Shown here piece after piece: positions 56,401 to 64,000 of a DNA stretch of 64,000 nucleotides; positions within the stretch are counted from its first letter, which is position 1, and the number at the start of each line of letters is the position of its first letter. The notes under the pieces are model-generated. The model saw only the letters and a program-made list of their open reading frames with translations. It had not been told where the DNA came from and did not search any database. The translations under genes and the position numbers were made by a program. Origin of the DNA: Eledone cirrhosa. Taxonomy: Eukaryota. The DNA lies in contig OZ024748.1 in NCBI GenBank assembly GCA_964016885.1, forward strand, positions 33,108,001-33,172,000, written 5' to 3'.

Positions 56401-59400
56401 TGTGTTGTGTGGCAGTAGTGTGTATTGTGGGGACCATAGTGTATGTTGTGGGGGCAGTAGTGTGTGTTGTGGTGCAGTAGTGTGTGCTGTGATGCAGTAG
56501 TGTGTGTTTCGGTATGGTGGTGTGAGTTGTGGGGCAATAGTGTGTTGTGGGTTAGTAGTGCGTTCTGTGTGGCAGCAGTGTGTGTTGTGGTGCAGTAGTG
56601 AGTTTGCGGTGCAGTAGTGTGTGTTGTGGGTCAGTAGTGTGTGTTGTGTCGCACCAGTGTGTGTTGTGGGGCAGTAGTGTGTGTTGTGATGCGGCAGTGT
56701 GTGTTGTGGGGCAGTAGTGTTTGTTGTGGGGCAGTAGCGTGTGTTGTGGTGCAGTAATGTGTGTTGTGTTGAAGTAGAGTGTGTTGTGGGGCAGTAGTGT
56801 CTGTTTTGGGGCATAAGTGAATGTTGTGTTGCAGTAGTTCGTGTTGTGGGGCAGTAGTGTGTGTTGTGGTGCAGTAGTGTGTGTTGCGGTGCAGCAGTGT
56901 GTGTTGTGGTGCAGTAGTGTCTGTTGTGGTGGCAGTAGTGCGTGTTGTGGACAGTAGTGTGTGTTGTGTTGCAGCAGTGTGTGTTGCGTGGCAGTAGTGT
57001 TTGTTGTGGTGCAGTAGTGTGTATTGTGGTGGCAGTAGTGTGTGTTGTGGATCAGTACTCTGTGTTGTGTGGCATTAGTGTGTGTTGTGGTGAAGTAGTG
57101 TGTGTTGTGGTGCAGTAGTATGTGTTGTGGGGCAGTAGTGTATGTTGTGGGGCAGTAGTGTCTGTTGGTGATCAGTAGTGTATATTGTGGGGCAACAGTC
57201 TGTCTTGTGGGACAGTAGTGTGTGTTGTGGGGCAGTAGCGAGTATTGTGGGTGCAATATTGTGTTTTGTGGGGACAGTAGTGTGTGTTGTGGGGGAAGTA
57301 GTGTGTGTTGTGTGGCAGTAGTGTGTATTGTGGGGACCATAGTGTATGTTGTGGGGGCAGTAGTGTGTGTTGTGATGCAGTAGTGTGTGTTTCGGTATGG
57401 TGGTGTGAGTTGTGGGGCAATAGTGTGTTGTGGGTTAGTAGTGCGTTCTGTGTGGCAGCAGTGTGTGTTGTGGTGCAGTAGTGAGTTTGCGGTGCAGTAG
57501 TGTGTGTTGTGGGTCAGTAGTGTGTGTTGTGTCGCACCAGTGTGTGTTGTGGGGCAGTAGTGTGTGTTGTGATGCGGCAGTGTGTGTTGTGGGGCAGTAG
57601 TGTTTGTTGTGGTGCAGTAGTGTGTGTTGTGGAGCAGTAGTGTGTGTTGTGGAGCAGTTGTGTCTGTTGTGGTGCATTAGTGAGTGTTGTGGTGCAGTAT
57701 TTTCTTTTGTGGGGCAGTAGTGTGTGTTGTGGTTCTGTAGTGTGTGTTGTGGGGGCAGTAGCGTCTGTTCTTAATCAGTAGTGTGTGTTGTGGGGCAGTA
57801 GTGTGTGTTGTGGCGCAGAAATGTGTGTTGTGGGGCAGTAGTGTGTGTTGTGAAGTCAGTAGTGTGTGTTGTAGTTCAGTAGTGAGCGTTGTGGGACAGA
57901 AGTGTGTGTTGTGGGGGCAGTAGTGTGTGTTGTGGGGGCAGTAGTGTGTGTTGTGGATCAGTAGTGTGTATTGTGAGCGCAGTAGTGTGTGTTGTAGTGC
58001 AATAGTGTGTGTTTTGTGGCACTAGTGTGTGTTGTGGCGCAGTAGTTTTTTTGCGGTGTAGTAGTGTGTTGTGGGGCTGTAGTGTATGTTGTGGTGCAGT
58101 AGTGTGAGTTGTGGGGAAGTAGTGTGTGTTGTGGAACAGTAGTGTGTGTTGAGGTGCAGTAGTGTGTGTTGTGGGACAGTAGTGTCTATTGTGGGGGCAG
58201 TAGTGTTTGTTGTACAGCAGTAGTGCGTGTTGTGATTCAGCAGTGTTTGTTGTGGTGCACTAGTGTGTGTTATAGGGGCAGTAGTGTCTGTTGGGGATCA
58301 GTAGTGTATATTGTGAGGCAGTAGTGTGTCTTGTGGGCAGTAGTCTGTTTTGTGGGGGCACTAGTGTGTGTATTGGTGCAGTAGTGTGTGTTGTTGGGCA
58401 GTAGCGAGTATTATTGTGGGGCCAATATTGTGTTTTGTGGGAACAGTAGTGTGTGTTGTGGGGGAAGTAGTGTGTGTTGTGGGGCAGTAGTGTGTATTGT
58501 GGGGACCATAGTGTATGTGTGGGGGCAGCACTGTGTGTTGTGGATCAGTAGAGCGGGTTGTGGGGCAGTAGTGTTTGTTGTGGTGCAGTAGTGTGTGTTG
58601 TGAGGGCGGTAGTGTGTGTTGTGGGGCAGTAGTGTGCGTTGTGGGATAATATTGTATGTTGTGGGGCATAGTGTGTGTTGTGAGGCAGTAATATGTGTTA
58701 TAAAAGAAGTAGTGTGTATTGTGGGTCAGTAGTGTGTGTTGTAGGGCTATTATGTGTGTTGTGGAGCAGTAGTGTGTGTTATGGGCAGAAGTGTGTTTTG
58801 TGGGGCCTTAATATGCGTTGTGGTGCATTAGTGTGTATTGTGGGGCAGTAGTGTCTGTTTTGGGCGCTGTAGTGTGTGTTGTGTGACAGTAGTTCGAATT
58901 GAGGTGCAGCAGTGTATGTTGTGGGGCACTAGTGTGTGTTGTGGTGAAGTAGTCTGTGTTGTGCTACCGTAGTGTGTGTTGTAGGGCTGTAGTCTGTGCT
59001 GTGGCGCAACAGTGTGTGTTGTGTGGCAGAGGTGTAAGTTCTGGTGCTGTAGTGTGTGTTGTGGGGCAGTAGTGTGTGTCGTGGCAGCAATGTGTGCTGG
59101 GGGCAGTAGTGTGTGCCGAGGTGCAGGAGTGTGTGTTGTGGATCAGTAGTCCGCGTTATGGGATAATAGTGTGTGTTGAGGGGCAGTAGTGTGTGTTGTG
59201 AAGCAGTAATGCGTGTTGTGGAAGATGTAGTGTGTGTTGTGGTGCATTAGTGTGTGTTGTCGGGCAGTAGTGCGTTGTGGAGCAGTAGTGTATTTTGTGG
59301 TGCAGTAGTGGGTGTTGTGTGGCAGTAGTGTGTGTTGTGGTGCAGCAGTGTGTGTTGTGGGGCACTAGTGTGTGTTTTGGAGCAGTAGTGTGTGTTGTGC

Positions 59401-60400
59401 TGCAGTAGTGTGGGTTGTAGTGCCGTAGTGTGTGTTATGGGGCAGTAGTATGTGTTTTGGGGAAGTAGTGTCTGTTGTGGTGGCACTAGTGTGTGTTGTG
59501 TGGAATTAGTGTGTGTTTTGGTGCAGCAGTGTGTGTTGTGGGGCACTAGTTTTTGTTTTGGAGCAGTAGTGTGTGTTGTGGTACAGTAGTGTGTTTTGTG
59601 GTGCAGTATTGTGTGTTATGGGGCAGTAGTGTATGTTGTAGGGCAGCAGTGTGAATTGTGGGGAAATAATGTGTGTTGTGTGGCAGTAGTGTGTGTTGTA
59701 GGAGAGTAGTGTGTGTGTGGAGCAGTAGTGTGCGGTGTAGTGCAGTAGTGTGTGTTGTTGGGCAGTAGTGTGTGTTGTGGTGCAGTAGTGTGTGTTGTGG
59801 GGCAGTAGTCTGTGTTTTGTGGCAGCAGAGTATGTTGCGGGGCAGTAGTGTGTGTTGTGGTGAAATAGTGTGTGTTGTAGGGCAGTAGTGTGTGCTGTGG
59901 CGCAGCAGTGTGTGTTGTGGGGCAGTAGTGTGTGTTGTGGAGCAGTAGTGTGCGTTGTGGATCAGTAGTGTGTGTTGTGGGGCAGTAGTGTGTGTTGTGG
60001 TGCAGTAGTGTGTATTGTCATGCAGTATTGTGTGTTGTAGGGCATTCGTGTGTGTTCTGAGACAGTAGTGTGTGTTGGGGTGCAGTAGTGTGTGTTGTAG
60101 GGCATTAGTGTGTGTTCTGAGACAGTAGTGTATGTCGTGGTGCAGTAGTGTGTGTTGTGGTGCAGTAGTGTGTGTTGTGGGGCAGTAGTGTGTGTTGTGT
60201 GGCAGCAGTGTATGTTGTGTGGTAGTAGTGTGTGTTGTGAGGCAGTAATGTGTGTTGTGGAAGAAGTAGTGTGTGTTGTGGGTCAGTAGTGTGTGTTGTG
60301 GAGCAGTAGTGTGTGTTGTGGAGCAGTAGTGTGTGTTGTAGTGCAGTAATATGTGTTGTGGGGCAGTAGTGTGTGTTGTGAGGCAGTAATGTGTGTTGTT
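47493..60400. repeat. ~20-bp minisatellite (CACAACACACACTACTGCCC)n, inverted at ~54975
   Basis: CA-rich arm 47493-54975 and GT-rich arm 54975-60400, with internal higher-order duplications. Confidence 0.95.
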
Positions 60401-60439
60401 GACATGAGAAATACACCCAGTCCACCCTGTTCACACAGT

Positions 60440-60932
60440 ACACCTAATGTCCACCACATCATCACTTATTCACTCCACCTAATGTCCACCACCACTTATT
60501 CACTCCACCTAATGTCCACCACCACTGATTCACTGTACCTAATGCCCACCACCACTGATTCACTCCACCTAATGTCCACCACCACTGATTCACTGCACCT
60601 AATGTCCACCACCACTGATTCACTGCACCTAATGTCCACCACCACAGATTCACTCCACCTAATGTCCACCACCACCGATTTACTCCACGTAATGTCCACC
60701 ACACCACTGCTGATTTACTCCACCTAATGTCCACCAGACCACAATTGATTTACTCCACCTAATGTCCACTACACCACCACTGATTCACTCCACCTTATGT
60801 CCCTCGACACTGATTCACTCCACCTAATGTCCACCACAACTAATTCACTCCACTCAATGTCTACCACCACTGATTCACTCCACACAATGTCCACCACCAC
60901 TGATTTACTTAACCTAATGTCCACCACCACTG
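60440..60932. repeat. 30-bp minisatellite (CCACCACCACTGATTCACTCCACCTAATGT)n
   Basis: aatgtccacc recurs every 30 bp from 60481. Confidence 0.92.
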
Positions 60933-63900
60933 AAAGGTGGTTGCGTTGGTAACATGAGAAATACCACCCAGTCCACCCAATAAGGTTTTTGTGTTGTTGA
61001 CATGAGAAATACCACCCAGTCTACCCTGTAGGGTGGTTATGTTGGTGACATGAGAAATACCACCCAGTCTACCCAGTAAGGTGGTTTTGTTGTTGACATG
61101 AGAAATACCACCCAGTCTACCCTGTAAGGTGGTTGTGTTGGTTACATGAGAAATACCACCCAGTCCGCCATGTAAGGAGGTTGCATTGGTGACATGTGAA
61201 ATACCACCCATTCCACCCTGTACGGTGGTTGTGTTGTTGACATGAGAAATACCACCCAGTCCACAATGTAAGGTGGTTGTGTTGTTGACATGATAAATAT
61301 CACCCAGTCCACCCTCTAAGGTGGTTGTTTTTGTGACATAAGAAATACCACCCAGTCAACCCTGTAAGGAGGTTATGTTCCTGATATGAGAAATAACACC
61401 CTGTCTATCCTGTAAGGTGGTTGTGTTGGTAACAAGAGAAATACCACTCAATCCACCATGTAAGGTGGTTGTGTTGTTGACATAATACATATCACCCAGT
61501 CCACCCTGTAATGTGGTTGTGCTGGTGACATGAGAAATACCACCCAGCCTACCATGTAAGGTGTTTATGTTGTTGACATGAGAAATACCACCCAGTCTAC
61601 CCTGTAAGGTGGTTGTGCTGGTTAGCTGACAAAATACACCCAGTCTACCCTGTAAGGTGGTTGTGTTGTTGATATGAGAAATATCACCCAGTCTACCCTG
61701 TAAGGTGGTTGTGTTGGTGAAATGAGAAATACCACCCAGTCAACCCTGTAAGGGGGTTATTGTGTTGACATGAGAAATACCATGCAGTCCACCCTGTAAG
61801 GTGGTTGTGTTGTTGACATGAGAAATACATCCCAGTCCAACCTGTAAGTTGGTTATGTTGATTATATGAGAAATACCACCAAATCCACCCTATAAGGTGG
61901 CTATGTTGGTGACCTGAGAAATACCACCCAGTCTACCCTGTAAGGTGGTTATGTTGTGACATGAGAAATACCACCCAGTCCACCCTGTAAGGGGCTTGTA
62001 ATAGTGACATGAGAAATACCACCCAGTCATCCGTGTAAGGTGGTTGTGATGGTTACATGAGAAATACCACCCAGCCTACCCTGTAAGGTGGTTGTGTTGT
62101 TAACATGAGAAATACCACCCAGTCGACCCTGGAAGGTGGTTGTGTTGGTGACATGAGAAATACCACACAGTCTACACTGTAAGGTGGTTGTGCTGGTTAC
62201 CTGACAAAATACACCCAGTCTATCCTGAAAGGTGGTTGTGCTTGTGGCTTAAGAAATACCACCCAGTCTACCGTGGAAGGTGGTTGTGTTGTTGACATGA
62301 GAAATACCACCCAGTCTACTCTGTAAGTTGTTTATGGTGTTGACATGAGAAATACCACCCAGTCTACCCCGTAAGGTGGTTAGGGTGTTGACATGAGAAA
62401 TACCACCCACTCCACCCTGTAAGGTGGTTGAGTTGGTGACATGAGAAATACCACCCAGTCTACCTTGTAAGGTGGTTGTGTTGGTGACATGAGAAATACC
62501 ACCCTGTGCACCCTGTAAGGTAGTTGTGTTGTTTATATGAGAAATACCACCCAATCCACCCTGTAAGGTGGTTATGTTGTTGACATGAGAAATACCACCC
62601 AGTCAAACCTGTAAGGTGATTGTGTTGGTGACATGAGAAATACCACCCAGTCTACCTTGTAAAGTGGTTGTGATGGTGACATGAGAAATACCACCCAGCC
62701 TACCCTGTGCACCCTGTAAGGTAGTTGTGTTGTTTATATGAGAAATACCACCCAATCCACCCTGTAACGAGGTTGTGTTGTTGACATGAGAAATACCACC
62801 CAGTCCACCCTATAAGGTGATTGTGTTGGTGACCTGAGAAATATCACCCAGTCTACTCTGTAAGTTGGTTATGGTGTTGACATGAAAAATACCACCCAGT
62901 CCACCCTATAAGGTGATTGTGTTGTTGACATGAGAAATACACCCAGTCCACCCTGTAAGGTGGTTATGTTGTTGACATGAGAAATACCACCCAGTCTACC
63001 CTATAAGGTGGTTGTGTTATTGACATGAAAAATACCACCCTGTCCACCCTGTAAGGGTGTTGTGCTGGTGACATGAGAAATATCACCCAGTCTACACTGT
63101 AAGGTGGTTGTGCTGGTTACCTGACAAAATACACCGTCCTCCGTGTAAGGTGGTTGTTATGGTGACATGAGAAATACCACCCAGCCTACCCTGAAAGGTG
63201 GTTGTGTTGTTGACATGAGAAATACCACCCAGTCCACTCTGTAAGGTGGTTATATTGTTGATATGAGAAATACCAACACGTCCACCCTGTTAGGTGGTTT
63301 TGCTGGTGACATGAGAAATACCACCCAGTCCACCCTGTATCGTGGTTGTGTTGGTGACATGAGAAATACCACCCAGTGCACCCTGTAAGTTGTTTATGAT
63401 GTTGACATGAGAAATACCACCCAGTCCACCGTGGAAGGAGGTTATGTTGCTGACGTGAGAAAGAACACCCAGACCACCCTTTAAGGTGTTTGCGTTGGTA
63501 ACATGTGAAATACGACCCAGCGCACCCTGTAAGGTGGTTTTGTTGTAGATATGAGAAATACCACACAATCCACCCTGTAATGTGGTGGTGTTGTTAACTG
63601 AGAAATACCAACCAGTCCACCCTATAAGGTGATTGTGCTGGTGACAAGAGAAATACCACCCAGTCCACCCCGTAAGGTTGTTGTGTTGATGACATGAGAA
63701 ATACACCCAGTCCACCCTTTAAGGTGGTAATTTGGTGACATGAGAAATACCACCCAATCAACCCTGTAAGGTGGTTGTGTTATTGACATGAAAAATACTA
63801 CCCAGTCTACCCTGTAAGGTGGTTGTGCTGGTGACATGAGAAATACCACCCAGCCTACCCTGTAAGTTGGTTATATTGTTGACATGAGAAATACCACCCA

Positions 63901-64000
63901 GTCCACCCTGTAATGTGGTTGGGTTGTTGACATGAGAAATACCACCCAGTCTAACCTGTAAGGTGGCTGTGGTCGTGGCTTGAGGAATACCACCCAATCT
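60932..64000. repeat. 48-bp minisatellite (GACATGAGAAATACCACCCAGTCYACCCTGTAAGGTGGTTGTGTTGTT)n
   Basis: Periodic gacatgagaaataccacccag to the window end. A partial unit also lies at 60398-60430. Confidence 0.95.

Noticed and set aside
46898-60465. His/Thr-rich ORFs (HNTHYCPTTHTTAPQH) as a mucin-like or metal-binding protein
   Set aside because: These are translations of a 20-bp satellite in all frames, with frequent frameshifts.
60909-63997. 16-aa repeat protein GGISHVNNTTTLQGRL
   Set aside because: The 48-bp unit keeps frame by arithmetic. Indels and stops interrupt it, and alternative frames are similarly open.

Overview
AT-rich, repeat-saturated eukaryotic DNA with no intact host gene. 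An octopus/cephalopod origin is inferred from the tandem C2H2 zinc-finger pseudogene, the tRNA-SINEs and the pervasive (TA)n microsatellites. The window holds decayed RTE-type LINEs, a rearranged Ty3/Gypsy element, several Penelope-like element (PLE, GIY-YIG) fragments, SINEs and about 16.5 kb of minisatellites. The main observation is two unrelated tandem arrays with apparently identical copies (310-bp unit at 2266-5850; 464-bp unit at 27894-31975). Every full unit carries a 43-nt minimal type I hammerhead ribozyme (HHR), and the two families share the same architecture with covarying stems. Each array is a head-to-head fold-back inserted in (TA)n, with ribozyme-sense strands pointing outward. 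Nearby PLEs carry related HHRs (one shares the unusual U-U at the base of stem II) and show the same divergent geometry. This suggests PLE-mobilised circular-RNA retrozymes copied by rolling-circle reverse transcription from both ends of a (TA)n break (inference). All alignments and structures were read by eye; coordinates of decayed elements are approximate.
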